From an uncultured Gemmatimonadota bacterium (lineage in GTDB: Bacteria > Gemmatimonadota > Gemmatimonadetes > Palauibacterales > Palauibacteraceae), in assembly GCA_964480515.1 (NCBI GenBank), contig CAYZOT010000009.1:33205-97204 (forward strand): DNA of 64,000 bases. Direction: 5' to 3'. Position 1 is the first letter of the stretch, and every line of letters begins with the position of its first letter. Below are positions 55,809 through 64,000 of the stretch, piece by piece. The notes beneath the pieces were generated by a model. The model ran no database searches and had not been told where the DNA came from. It saw only the letters and a list, made by a program, of their open reading frames with translations. The translations under genes were made by a program, and so were the position numbers.

Positions 55809-56605
55809 TGGTTAAGAGCAGTGTTAAGCGCAGACTAACCCCAGACGGTAACCCCTCCGGTCTTGAGTCGAAGCGAGTTGTGGCGATAGTCCAGTCTCGA
55901 ATGGGATCACATCGGTTCCCCGGGAAGGTTATGGAGACGCTAGGCGGCATCCCAATCCTCGAACTGATACTTCGACGGGTCCGGCAGGCTGTGACTGTTA
56001 CTGAAGTTGTTCTTGCTACTACGGAGCGTTTGGAGGATCAGGTCCTTTGTAAGCTGGCAGAATCCCTTCAATTAAGAGTGGTAAGGGGTCCCGAACTGGA
56101 TGTTTTAGGGCGTTTCGGTTTGGCTACAAAGCTTTTCGCTGCTGAAGTCGTTGTGCGAATCGCGGGGGACAACCCGTTTGTGGCACCCGAGGAGATTGAT
56201 CGTGTAGTGGAGCATCATCTTTTGACAGGTGCGGACTATTCATTCAACCACATTCCGGCCTTGGACAATGGGTACCCGGATGGACTTGGAGCCGAAGTGG
56301 TAGAGCAGTCCATTCTCGAACGCCTAGATGAGTCATGTACGAAGCCGGCGCACCGGGAGCACGTAACAGCGTACATTTGGGATAATCCTGAGGAGTTCTA
56401 CATTGAGACAGTGCCTGCACCACCATCTATCATTGGCCCAGATATCAAGCTGGATATAGACGAACCTCAAGATCTTGCTCATCTAGAGCAACTGATGGCC
56501 TCCGCGCCACCTGATCTTGAAAACTGGTCAGCGGAAGAGGTTGTTCGGGCTTATCGGTCAGAGTTCGCGTCCGAACTACATTCGGCTGGCTCTCGCCCGC
56601 TTTAA
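55808..56605 (+). CDS. SpsF-type cytidylyltransferase family protein (CTP_transf_3-like), copy 1
   Basis: VVAIVQSRMGSHRFPGKV, VVLATTE and RGPELDVLGRF motifs. Confidence 0.78.
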   Translation: MVKSSVKRRLTPDGNPSGLESKRVVAIVQSRMGSHRFPGKVMETLGGIPILELILRRVRQAVTVTEVVLATTERLEDQVLCKLAESLQLRVVRGPELDVLGRFGLATKLFAAEVVVRIAGDNPFVAPEEIDRVVEHHLLTGADYSFNHIPALDNGYPDGLGAEVVEQSILERLDESCTKPAHREHVTAYIWDNPEEFYIETVPAPPSIIGPDIKLDIDEPQDLAHLEQLMASAPPDLENWSAEEVVRAYRSEFASELHSAGSRPL

Positions 56606-56633
56606 GCTAGCCCTCAGGTTTTAAGGGGTCGAA

Positions 56634-57695
56634 ATGGGAAGCTTTAGCGTAGGGATCATAGGCTGCGGCCGGATCGGGGGTGACTGCGGCTCTCCGGATG
56701 AGGGTTCCTCGCGACTAGAGAGTCACGCATCGGCTTACAAGGCGTGGGGACACACGAATCTCGTCGCAGGGTGCGACTCAGACGAAAATGTTCGTCGTCG
56801 GTTTGGTGAGAAGTGGGGGATCACGCGGCTCTATGAGGATTATCGCGAAATGTTGGAGCGGGAGGAGCTTGGATTGGTCAGTGTCTGCACACCGGCTTTT
56901 AACCATGACGAGATCATGACTGAGCTGCTCGCATGTAAAACAGTTCAAGGCATCCTTCTTGAAAAACCGGTCGCACCTGATGTCTCCGCGGCTACAAAGA
57001 TCATCCAGGATATGCAGTCCTCATCTGCCATCGTCGCGGTGAACTACGTTCGCAGATATTCATCCTCTTATGTTGAGGTTTACGATATGATCCGATCGGG
57101 AGCATTAGGTCGGATCCAGCATGTGTGTGGACTGTATACCAAAGGTGTTGTGAACAATGGATCACACTTCATTGATCTCCTTCGTTTTTTCTTTGGCGAA
57201 CCAGAGTCGCTGCAGGTGTTTCCTAGTGCTTCAACACATTCGAGGTCGTTTGGTCCAAACTCAGAATGCAATAATGGTAATGGGCAGGATCCCACTCCCA
57301 ATTTTTCCTTCACGTACGCAGAAGGTTTTGAGGCTTTGGGTGTTGGTCTGGACCACACTGCCTTCAACGTTTTCGATGTCGATATCATAGGGACGAAGGG
57401 TCGTGTGGTATTCACGGACTTGGGCCACCGCCGGCTTTTGTACCAACGGGAGGAAACGAAGGCACGACATGGGTTCCGACAATTGGCACCGGAACCGGAA
57501 ATTTCGGCCACTGACCTTACCAAGGCGACTAGCGGAGCTATAAAGAATTTGACCGACAGTATCGAACACGGACATGCACCCCGGTGCACGCTAGAAGATG
57601 GGCGAGCCGCCATGGCGCTTTCACTTGAGCTTGCAGAGATGTCTGCTAACGAGATGTGGTCGGACCGAGAAATGCCGACCCCCGAGACCCGCTGA
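56634..57695 (+). CDS. Gfo/Idh/MocA family oxidoreductase
   Basis: Rossmann motif VGIIGCGRIG, an EKP motif (LLEKPVA) and a C-terminal alpha/beta domain. AAGGGG SD. Confidence 0.85.
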   Translation: MGSFSVGIIGCGRIGGDCGSPDEGSSRLESHASAYKAWGHTNLVAGCDSDENVRRRFGEKWGITRLYEDYREMLEREELGLVSVCTPAFNHDEIMTELLACKTVQGILLEKPVAPDVSAATKIIQDMQSSSAIVAVNYVRRYSSSYVEVYDMIRSGALGRIQHVCGLYTKGVVNNGSHFIDLLRFFFGEPESLQVFPSASTHSRSFGPNSECNNGNGQDPTPNFSFTYAEGFEALGVGLDHTAFNVFDVDIIGTKGRVVFTDLGHRRLLYQREETKARHGFRQLAPEPEISATDLTKATSGAIKNLTDSIEHGHAPRCTLEDGRAAMALSLELAEMSANEMWSDREMPTPETR

Positions 57696-57708
57696 ACCGG
57701 TAGAGAAC

Positions 57709-59013
57709 ATGTCTTTGTCACCTTTAGCAATTTTCGGAGGAACTCCAGTCTGCAGGGAAGCATGGCCCTCGTCCAATACGATTGGGAAAGAGGAGAAGAA
57801 GGCTGTCCTAGAGGTGCTGGACTCAGGGGTCCTCTCGCAGTTCCTGGGAGCTCCGGGACGGGACTTCCTAGGAGGGACTCGAGTACGACAGTTAGAGATG
57901 GAATGGGCGGAACATTTCGGGACTAAACATGCGCTCAGCTTCAACTCCCTCACCTCTGGGCTTCAGGCATGTATCGGCGCTGCCGGTATCGAGCCTGGGG
58001 ACGAAGTGATCGTTCCCCCGCTTACGATGTCTGCCTCAGCTACCTGCGTTATCACGTATGGGGGGATACCAGTCTTTGCTGATGTGGATCCACGGACACT
58101 TTGTCTCGATCCAGTCTCAGTCGAGGAGAAAATAACTGACCGGACCCGAGCGATTGTGGTTGTGCACCTTTTTGGTCACCCCGCCGATATGGATGGATTA
58201 ATGGCAGTCGCCCGTCGTCATGGGCTCATGGTGATTGAGGATGCCGCTCAGGCGCCGGGGGCCATGTATGGGGGTAGGCCCGTGGGTACCATCGGAGAAC
58301 TTGGTGGGTTCAGTCTTAATTACCACAAGACTATCCAGTCTGGTGAGGGTGGTGTGATCGTCACCAACGACGACGATTTGGCACAGCGATTGAGTCTCAT
58401 CCGAAACCACGGTGAGATGGTTGTCGAGTCCTTGGAGGTAGAGAATTTAGCAAACACGTTTGGAGGAAACCTCCGGATGACAGAGATCGAGGCTGCTATT
58501 GCGCTGGAACAACTCCGAAAACTTGAGGTTTCAACGCGTCCTCGTATTGACCTTGCCTCCTACCTGGACGAACGAATCGTCCGCTTTCATGGAATAGAGC
58601 CTCAAGGACTCTCGGCGCCAGAGGGAAGTAGTCACGTCTATTATTTTTATGCGATGTTCTACGACGAAGAGGAGATTGGACTGCCCCGCTCCCTCTTTGC
58701 CGAAGCGGTTCGGGCGGAAGGGATCCATCTCCGAGAGTGGTATGCCCCACCTGTCTACTGGGCACCCATGTACCGGGACCAAGTCGCCTTCGGGAAGAGC
58801 GGTTTCCCTTTCGTATCCGAGTATACGGATCGGGAGTTTTCGTATGAACGCGGGATCTGTCCGGTAGCAGAAGAAGCGTACGAACAGAACCTGATCTTCG
58901 GGAAGTTTTGCCATTGGCCTTTAACCACAGAACATATGGATCAGGTTGTGGAAGCTATGGATAAGGTGTTGGCGCACCGGGATGATCTTCTGACCGTGGA
59001 GCAACGAGGGTGA
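57709..59013 (+). CDS. DegT/DnrJ/EryC1/StrS family aminotransferase (long form)
   Basis: IFGGTP.., GDEVIVPPLTMSASA, IEDAAQAPGA and FSLNYHKTIQSGEGG (PLP Lys). ATG 57709 comes after the upstream stop and is preferred to ORF-track start 57598. Confidence 0.85.
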   Translation: MSLSPLAIFGGTPVCREAWPSSNTIGKEEKKAVLEVLDSGVLSQFLGAPGRDFLGGTRVRQLEMEWAEHFGTKHALSFNSLTSGLQACIGAAGIEPGDEVIVPPLTMSASATCVITYGGIPVFADVDPRTLCLDPVSVEEKITDRTRAIVVVHLFGHPADMDGLMAVARRHGLMVIEDAAQAPGAMYGGRPVGTIGELGGFSLNYHKTIQSGEGGVIVTNDDDLAQRLSLIRNHGEMVVESLEVENLANTFGGNLRMTEIEAAIALEQLRKLEVSTRPRIDLASYLDERIVRFHGIEPQGLSAPEGSSHVYYFYAMFYDEEEIGLPRSLFAEAVRAEGIHLREWYAPPVYWAPMYRDQVAFGKSGFPFVSEYTDREFSYERGICPVAEEAYEQNLIFGKFCHWPLTTEHMDQVVEAMDKVLAHRDDLLTVEQRG

Positions 59014-60212
59014 AGGAAGCGGCATCTTTAGTTGCTTTAACGCACGATCCAGGAGGTGCCGAGGCATTGGTTCCCTTGCTCTCCGAACTCTCTTCCAGCG
59101 ACCACTTGAACGTCATCGTATATGTGGGAGGAAAAGGTCGAGGAGTTTTGGATCGTGAGGGGTTCCAAGTCCACCGCGTCGAGGTCCAAGGAGGGGACTG
59201 TCCTGAGTGGACCACCTATGGTCAGGAACTGATCCGACGACACGGAGCAGATCTCGTCCTTACTGGGACAAGTTTTGTACCGGGGCCTGAACTGGGTTTG
59301 CTAAGGGCTGCACGTATTTTGTCGGTTCCTGCGATAGCTGTTCTTGATCAATGGACAAACTACCATCGTCGGTTTTTGGCTCCGGGAGAAAGTGCTCTAG
59401 ATGCAGATGCACTCCCTGATGTTGTCGCAGTCATGGATGATTTTGCCACCCAGGAAATGGTGTCTGAAGGCTTTCCCCTAGACCGATTAAGGGTTGTTGG
59501 TCATCCTGGCTTGGAGCGTTTCTCTCGTTGGGTTAGTTCCAGCGAGGGGCAAGAAGAAGGTCAAGATGTGCGAAGTGCTCTTGGACTTAAATCCTGCGAC
59601 ATCCTCGTGAGCTTTTTTTCGCAACCGATCTCAGATTTATACGGCACTGACACGGGTACGACGAGTCGAGGGTACGATGAACAACAGGTTTTTCTCGGTT
59701 TGAGAGAGGCCCTCGCTATGATTGTGCGGGAAGATAAGACAAGCGTTCGTCTGGTGGTCAAGCTTCATCCCAAAGAGTTCAAAGGGAAGTATCCAAAAGA
59801 GGAGGAGGATGAGTTTTCATTCACAATGGTCGAATCCTCGGGCGGTGACGCGATACTGGCCGCTTCAGATCTGGTGGTAGGGATGACTTCCATGGCATTG
59901 ATAAAGGCTTTTGTGGCAGGGAAACAAGTGATTAGCTATCAACCTGATCTCATCGGGCCCGATGCCATGGTGCTGGGCCGAGCTGGTTATCTAGAAACAG
60001 CGAAGACACCTGACATGTTTGCGGATCAAATTCGGTGTGCCGTGACCGGACGGCAGACAGCTCGTACTGAAAATCGCCTTTCCCGAGCGCTAACCGATGG
60101 AGGGTCTGTGGGACGTTTGATGGCCCTTATACAGGAACTCTTAGAGGACAATCTCCGCGTGGACGGATTGGGGGCGGAGGTCTGTGCGCGCCAGGAGCAT
60201 GTAAGAACATGA
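59010..60212 (+). CDS. Hypothetical GT-B-like (two Rossmann-like halves) protein; possible CMP-/CDP-sugar dependent transferase
   Basis: 400 aa with no family motif I can name with certainty. The C-terminal half has VRLVVKLHPKE (an HP motif after a beta strand) and SDLVVGMTSMALIKA, resembling TagF/KpsS/bacterial sialyltransferase-type GT-B enzymes. GTGA overlap upstream and ATGA overlap downstream. Confidence 0.4.
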   Translation: MKEAASLVALTHDPGGAEALVPLLSELSSSDHLNVIVYVGGKGRGVLDREGFQVHRVEVQGGDCPEWTTYGQELIRRHGADLVLTGTSFVPGPELGLLRAARILSVPAIAVLDQWTNYHRRFLAPGESALDADALPDVVAVMDDFATQEMVSEGFPLDRLRVVGHPGLERFSRWVSSSEGQEEGQDVRSALGLKSCDILVSFFSQPISDLYGTDTGTTSRGYDEQQVFLGLREALAMIVREDKTSVRLVVKLHPKEFKGKYPKEEEDEFSFTMVESSGGDAILAASDLVVGMTSMALIKAFVAGKQVISYQPDLIGPDAMVLGRAGYLETAKTPDMFADQIRCAVTGRQTARTENRLSRALTDGGSVGRLMALIQELLEDNLRVDGLGAEVCARQEHVRT

Positions 60213-60772
60213 GCTTCCCCTTCCTATCGGGTGAACGACTCTACCTCCGGCCTTTAGAGGAGAGTGATGCTGATGGTGATTATCCTACTTGGTTGAACGA
60301 TGGAGAGGTGTCCCAAGGAAATGCACACCACCGTTTCCCCTACACTCGAGAAGCCGCATTGGAATACATCCGCCGAGCCGGGACGGTCCGGGACGCGGTG
60401 ATTCTGGCTATGGTACTTCACGAGGGGGATGTTCATATAGGAAACATCTCACTTCAACGTATCGATTCTGTGTCGAGAAACGCCGAATTTGCAATTCTAC
60501 TGGGTGTAAGGTCTTGCTGGGGGGAAGGATATGGCGAGGAAGCAGGACGGCTCCTTCTGGATCACGCTTTTTTCTCCCTCAACCTTCACCGAGTCTATTG
60601 TGGGACGTTTTCAACGAATATTGGGATGCGGAGACTTGCCGAGAAAATGGGGATGGTCGAGGAGGGGTGCCGAAGCGAAGCTGCTTTCAAGGACGGGCGC
60701 TGGCTAGATATAGTCGAATTTGGGGTTTTGAGGCAGACTTACGTGGAGAAGTTTGGCGGTCCGAATGTATAG
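60209..60772 (+). CDS. GNAT family N-acetyltransferase (RimJ/RimL-like)
   Basis: LYLRPLEESD.., NISLQRID....AEFAILLG, GYGEEA and FKDGRWLDIVEFG motifs. Confidence 0.85.
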   Translation: MSFPFLSGERLYLRPLEESDADGDYPTWLNDGEVSQGNAHHRFPYTREAALEYIRRAGTVRDAVILAMVLHEGDVHIGNISLQRIDSVSRNAEFAILLGVRSCWGEGYGEEAGRLLLDHAFFSLNLHRVYCGTFSTNIGMRRLAEKMGMVEEGCRSEAAFKDGRWLDIVEFGVLRQTYVEKFGGPNV

Positions 60773-60781
60773 GGTACGAGC

Positions 60782-61537
60782 GTGACGGCGACGGCCCTTA
60801 TTGTGGCGAGGATGGGTTCAACCCGGCTCCCAAAGAAATCGATGATGCCGATTCTTGGGGAGCCGATGGTGGGACACCTGGTGGACCGGGTATTGCAGGC
60901 AAAATCGCTCGACCAAGTCGTCCTCGCTACCACGGAACTAATCGGAGATGATCCATTAGTTGAACTTGCAGAAGCCCGGGGCATCCAGTGTTACAGGGGC
61001 GATTCAGAAGATGTGTTGGCCCGCATCCACGGGGCGATGGTAGCCTTTGACGCAGATCCGGTCGTGGAAATTCTAGGTGACAACCCCCTTGTCCACTCTG
61101 ACCTGATCGATGATGTCATGGCTTTCTATTATGATGGAGCGCTCGACTACGCATCCAATGCCACCACAGAGTTTCCTCAAGCGGGCTCTCAAGTCCCGAA
61201 GTTCCCTATAGGTATTCGTGTGGAGGTGATCCGAGCGGAAGCGCTTGAGCGATGCCACCAGGCGGCAGGAGATCCAGAGATGCGGGAACACTCTGCGCTG
61301 CACATCTACTCTAATCCAGACCACTTTCGGGTAGGTTTACTGCCGGCTGATGGGGTTTGGTCCAGGTTGAATCAACCGGAACTAACATTCGCGGTAAACT
61401 ATCGAAGGAATTTTGACCTTATATTAAAAATCTTCGAATTGTGTTTACCAGAAGATCAGAACTTCTCACTTCCAGTTGTGCTGAAGGCTCTGGATAAGCA
61501 TCCAGAACTCCGCGCCCTCATGGGTGCTCCGGAGTAG
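60782..61537 (+). CDS. SpsF-type cytidylyltransferase family protein, copy 2
   Basis: ALIVARMGSTRLPKKS, VVLATTE and RGDSEDVLARI motifs. Divergent paralog of 55808-56605. Confidence 0.78.
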   Translation: MTATALIVARMGSTRLPKKSMMPILGEPMVGHLVDRVLQAKSLDQVVLATTELIGDDPLVELAEARGIQCYRGDSEDVLARIHGAMVAFDADPVVEILGDNPLVHSDLIDDVMAFYYDGALDYASNATTEFPQAGSQVPKFPIGIRVEVIRAEALERCHQAAGDPEMREHSALHIYSNPDHFRVGLLPADGVWSRLNQPELTFAVNYRRNFDLILKIFELCLPEDQNFSLPVVLKALDKHPELRALMGAPE

Positions 61538-61568
61538 CTCGGCTAGGGAAGAGAGGGAGAACATAAGT

Positions 61569-62933
61569 TTGGAACCTTACCGTATGAATGCCGCGGAGGT
61601 TGTCCGAAGGATTGAAGCGGGCGATCTGTCGAGCGAGGAACTTGTCCGGTCGTGTCTGGCACGGGTGGAGGAGTTGGAAGGTGCTGTTCAAGCTTGGGCT
61701 TATCTTGATCCTGAACTGCCTCTTCAGACAGCGATTGAATTAGATCGACGCAGGGAACGGGGAGAAAGCATTGGCGTTCTCCAAGGCGTTCCCATCGGGG
61801 TGAAGGATATTTTTAACACAAGGGACATGCCGACCCAGATGGGAAGTCCACTGTGGGAAGGGTTTACCCCCGGTAACGATGCACGGGTCGTTGAAAAACT
61901 CCGTTGGGCCGACGGGATAGTGATGGGGAAGACCCATACTGCTGAGTTTGGGGTCCATCACCCCAGCCCCACACGGAATCCATACGATCCACAACGGTCT
62001 CCAGGCACATCGTCCAGTGGGTCTGCGGCGGCCGTAGCCACAGGGATGGTTCCTTTAGCCCTAGGCAGTCAGACTGCAGGATCTACCATCCGGCCAGCTA
62101 GCTACTGTGGAATTTACGGATTCAAGCCCTCGTTTGGTCTGGTCCCGCGCACTGCAGTTCTCAAAACTACAGATCGCCTTGACCACGTAGCGTTTATGGC
62201 CCGCTCAGTGGAAGACATGAAACTTGTTTTCGATTTGGCACGGGTCTCAGGACGAAACTATCCCTTCGTCAGGCGGGCTCTAGACCAGGCTGCGCAGGAG
62301 CCGTCCGGCTTGGAAGACTGGCGGGTCCGGCTCGTCCGAGGACCCAAGTGGAGTGAAGCGGAACCCTATGCTCGGGAGGCTCTGGAGGAGTTTGCTAGGC
62401 GGGTATCAAGTCTGGACCGGGTCTGTGTTTACGAGAAAGAACTTCCGGACACATTCTCGAGGATCCACGATGCCCACGAACGAATGTATTGTCGAATGCT
62501 CGCCTATTATTTTCAGGAGGAAAGTTCGCACCCGGACAAGCTGAGTTCTATTTTTAGCTCCATGGTAGAACGCGGGCGGACGGTGACGTTGGAAGATTAT
62601 CAAGAAGACGCCGATTTCCAGGCCGAACGGGTTGTCGAATTAGAGCAGGAATTCCACGACTGCGATGTTATACTAACGCTTGCGGCTGCTGGCGAAGCAA
62701 GAGTTGGACTGGAGACCCGCGATCGTCCTGACAACTGTTTGCTGTGGACTTTCTGTGGGGTGCCGTCTCTCTCCATTCCGCTCAGCGTGGGGCCTGATGG
62801 TCTACCGTTGGGTGTGCAGATCGTAGGTGCGAAGCATAATGACTACAGTCTTCTCGCCTTCGCCGAGTTTCTCGTAACGGAAGGCTTGGCCACCGAGCAG
62901 GCCCCTTATCCGAGTTTGCCGAGTGGTGTTTGA
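61569..62933 (+). CDS. Amidase-signature (AS) family amidase (GatA-like)
   Basis: GVPIGVKDIF (catalytic Lys), GTSSSGSAAAVATG and GSQTAGSTIRPAS (Ser-cisSer-Lys triad context). The start is uncertain. Candidates are GTG 61524, TTG 61569 (GGGAG 9 nt upstream) and ATG 61584. Confidence 0.85.
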   Translation: MEPYRMNAAEVVRRIEAGDLSSEELVRSCLARVEELEGAVQAWAYLDPELPLQTAIELDRRRERGESIGVLQGVPIGVKDIFNTRDMPTQMGSPLWEGFTPGNDARVVEKLRWADGIVMGKTHTAEFGVHHPSPTRNPYDPQRSPGTSSSGSAAAVATGMVPLALGSQTAGSTIRPASYCGIYGFKPSFGLVPRTAVLKTTDRLDHVAFMARSVEDMKLVFDLARVSGRNYPFVRRALDQAAQEPSGLEDWRVRLVRGPKWSEAEPYAREALEEFARRVSSLDRVCVYEKELPDTFSRIHDAHERMYCRMLAYYFQEESSHPDKLSSIFSSMVERGRTVTLEDYQEDADFQAERVVELEQEFHDCDVILTLAAAGEARVGLETRDRPDNCLLWTFCGVPSLSIPLSVGPDGLPLGVQIVGAKHNDYSLLAFAEFLVTEGLATEQAPYPSLPSGV

Positions 62934-63148
62934 GGCACGGTTTGATGGAGCTGTTCATTTTCCCTAGACATCGTGAACAACTCTCAGAGAAACGACCTAG
63001 GATGATAGGAGCGTAAGCGGGATGGCCAACGTAGAAGAGCCGATCCGGAAGATGGGCTACGGTAGGTCGCCGAGCGAGGATGTCCAAACGCCCTCAAACA
63101 TCTCAGTCGAGGGGATACCAGAACCAAGATCGTCACTAGGTGATTGAT

Positions 63149-64000
63149 ATGGTACACTCCGAGAAGCGAGTCTTCATCGTCTATGGCATGGATGCGGAAG
63201 GACCGCTCTATGAGTCTCTCCAGGCGACGTTCGAACGTATCGGCGAACGGTTCGGAGTGTGGCTCGAACCGGAGGCGTCACTTCTGAAAGACCTCCAGGA
63301 AGGCCGGTTCCCACCCGAAGTGCAGGAATGCGTCAGGGGCCGAGAGGTGGCTTTGCAGAGTCTGATCTCGCCGGACCGCCTCGATTTCGCCAACAACTGG
63401 GGGGAGCTTGAGATCCGTTCGCGAGAATTTCTCAGCGCGGCGCACCGGTCGTCGGTCCCTGACTCGCACGGAAACGGTCTCGTTCTTTCGTGGTTTTGTG
63501 TGGATCGGCTTGGGATGGATGACAACCCTCGGCGGCGGGCGATCGGATACCATCATGTGGTGGAGTTCTATCAGCGCCTGATCAGGGAGCTACCGGGGTC
63601 CGAGCGAGACGAAATATACTGGCACTATCACCCGATCAGCTTTACACGACAAGCGCACATGTGCGCGAACAATTTCAACTTCACCAACCACCACCTTCAA
63701 GTCCTATCTCACAGGGTGCTGGACCTCGGGGACTTCCCTGTGGCATTTCGTGCCGGATGTGATGTGGAGCGCCCCGACATCAACCTCTTCCTGGAGCAAT
63801 GGATTCCCTTCGATTATGGGAACGTGAACGGGACTGAGACCGAGGCGGAGAAGGGACAGGTCGATATCCGGGGGGGGCGCTTCGGAGACTGGAGACGCGC
63901 TCCCATGGATTGGGGCACATACCACCCCAGTCTCCTGGACTATCAGACTCCGGGAGATCTCAACCGGTACATCGCGCGGTGTCGTTACTCGGAGGGACGC
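63149..64000 (+). CDS. Hypothetical protein, 5' partial view (runs off the window end)
   Basis: Frame is open from ATG 63149 (AGGTGA 5 nt upstream; GTG 63140 is an alternative) to the window end, 284 codons. It is not in the ORF track because no stop is reached. The minus-strand ORFs at 63208-63925 are its shadows. N-terminus VFIVYGMDAEGP and WHYHP are vaguely like the polysaccharide deacetylase / (beta/alpha)7 fold. Function not assignable. Confidence 0.6.
   Translation, partial: MVHSEKRVFIVYGMDAEGPLYESLQATFERIGERFGVWLEPEASLLKDLQEGRFPPEVQECVRGREVALQSLISPDRLDFANNWGELEIRSREFLSAAHRSSVPDSHGNGLVLSWFCVDRLGMDDNPRRRAIGYHHVVEFYQRLIRELPGSERDEIYWHYHPISFTRQAHMCANNFNFTNHHLQVLSHRVLDLGDFPVAFRAGCDVERPDINLFLEQWIPFDYGNVNGTETEAEKGQVDIRGGRFGDWRRAPMDWGTYHPSLLDYQTPGDLNRYIARCRYSEGR

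Noticed and set aside
57080-57763. 227-aa minus-strand ORF antisense to the Gfo/Idh/MocA gene
   Set aside because: It is a shadow of a strongly supported plus-strand gene, with no recognisable motifs.
60289-60951. 220-aa plus-strand ORF in an alternative frame across the GNAT and spsF-2 genes
   Set aside because: Its Arg/Gly/Pro-rich composition is typical of an off-frame reading of GC-rich coding DNA. Both overlapped genes have clear family motifs in their own frames.

Overview
This is a 64-kb chromosomal segment from a diderm bacterium, judged from the Omp85/TamB pair, Lgt and lipobox lipoproteins. The phylum cannot be assigned from the sequence alone. GC looks mid-50s% by eye and was not computed. 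I saw no rRNA, tRNA, CRISPR array, transposase, integrase or phage gene.

Layout:
- 0-25.4 kb: one tightly packed, co-directional housekeeping block. It holds ddl, a rhomboid protease, an EF-G2 paralog, yebC-ruvC-ruvA-ruvB, queA-tgt-yajC, def-fmt, thiE/tenI-thiS-thiG, rsmB, a stand-alone PASTA protein, tsaD, lgt, tamA-tamB and a DAGK-type lipid kinase.
- 25.4-31.2 kb: a peptidoglycan/MurNAc salvage-like module. NamZ (DUF1343) sits head-to-head with a GH3 NagZ fused to an AmiE-like beta-lactamase-fold domain, followed by an SSF symporter.
- 31.3-34.1 kb: uvrA.
- 34.2-44.5 kb: a mixed accessory-looking stretch. It holds a DmfA2-like lipoprotein, an ALDH-mmsA operon, a Tat-signal HD-domain protein with MIOX/PhnZ-like diiron ligands, a cold-shock protein and three proteins of unknown function.
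- 44.5-64 kb: a polysaccharide locus. It holds a GGR-family flavoprotein, Wza-like and Wzc-like export proteins, a UDP-GlcA 4-epimerase-like enzyme, UDP-sulfoquinovose synthase, two DegT aminotransferases, a GalE-like enzyme and a GT2. It continues with a NeuB-like synthase lacking the SAF domain, two SpsF-type cytidylyltransferases, a Gfo/Idh/MocA oxidoreductase, an unassigned GT-B-like protein, a GNAT and an amidase-signature enzyme.

Observations most worth follow-up:
1. Four genes (ruvC, tamA, the SSF symporter, GT2) have a conserved or expected N-terminus upstream of any ATG/GTG/TTG. An in-frame CTG is available each time. In three cases it overlaps the upstream gene's TGA as CTGA, and in GT2 one of three candidate CTGs overlaps a small uORF stop.
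2. The Tat-targeted HD diiron-oxygenase-like protein with a His-rich linker.
3. The NagZ-AmiE-like fusion and the shared CATG start with namZ.
4. sqdB inside an exopolysaccharide locus.
5. The atypical ulosonic-acid-type sugar module.

I found no clear-cut defence or mobile system. All family calls come from motif recognition by eye and need HMM or structure confirmation.
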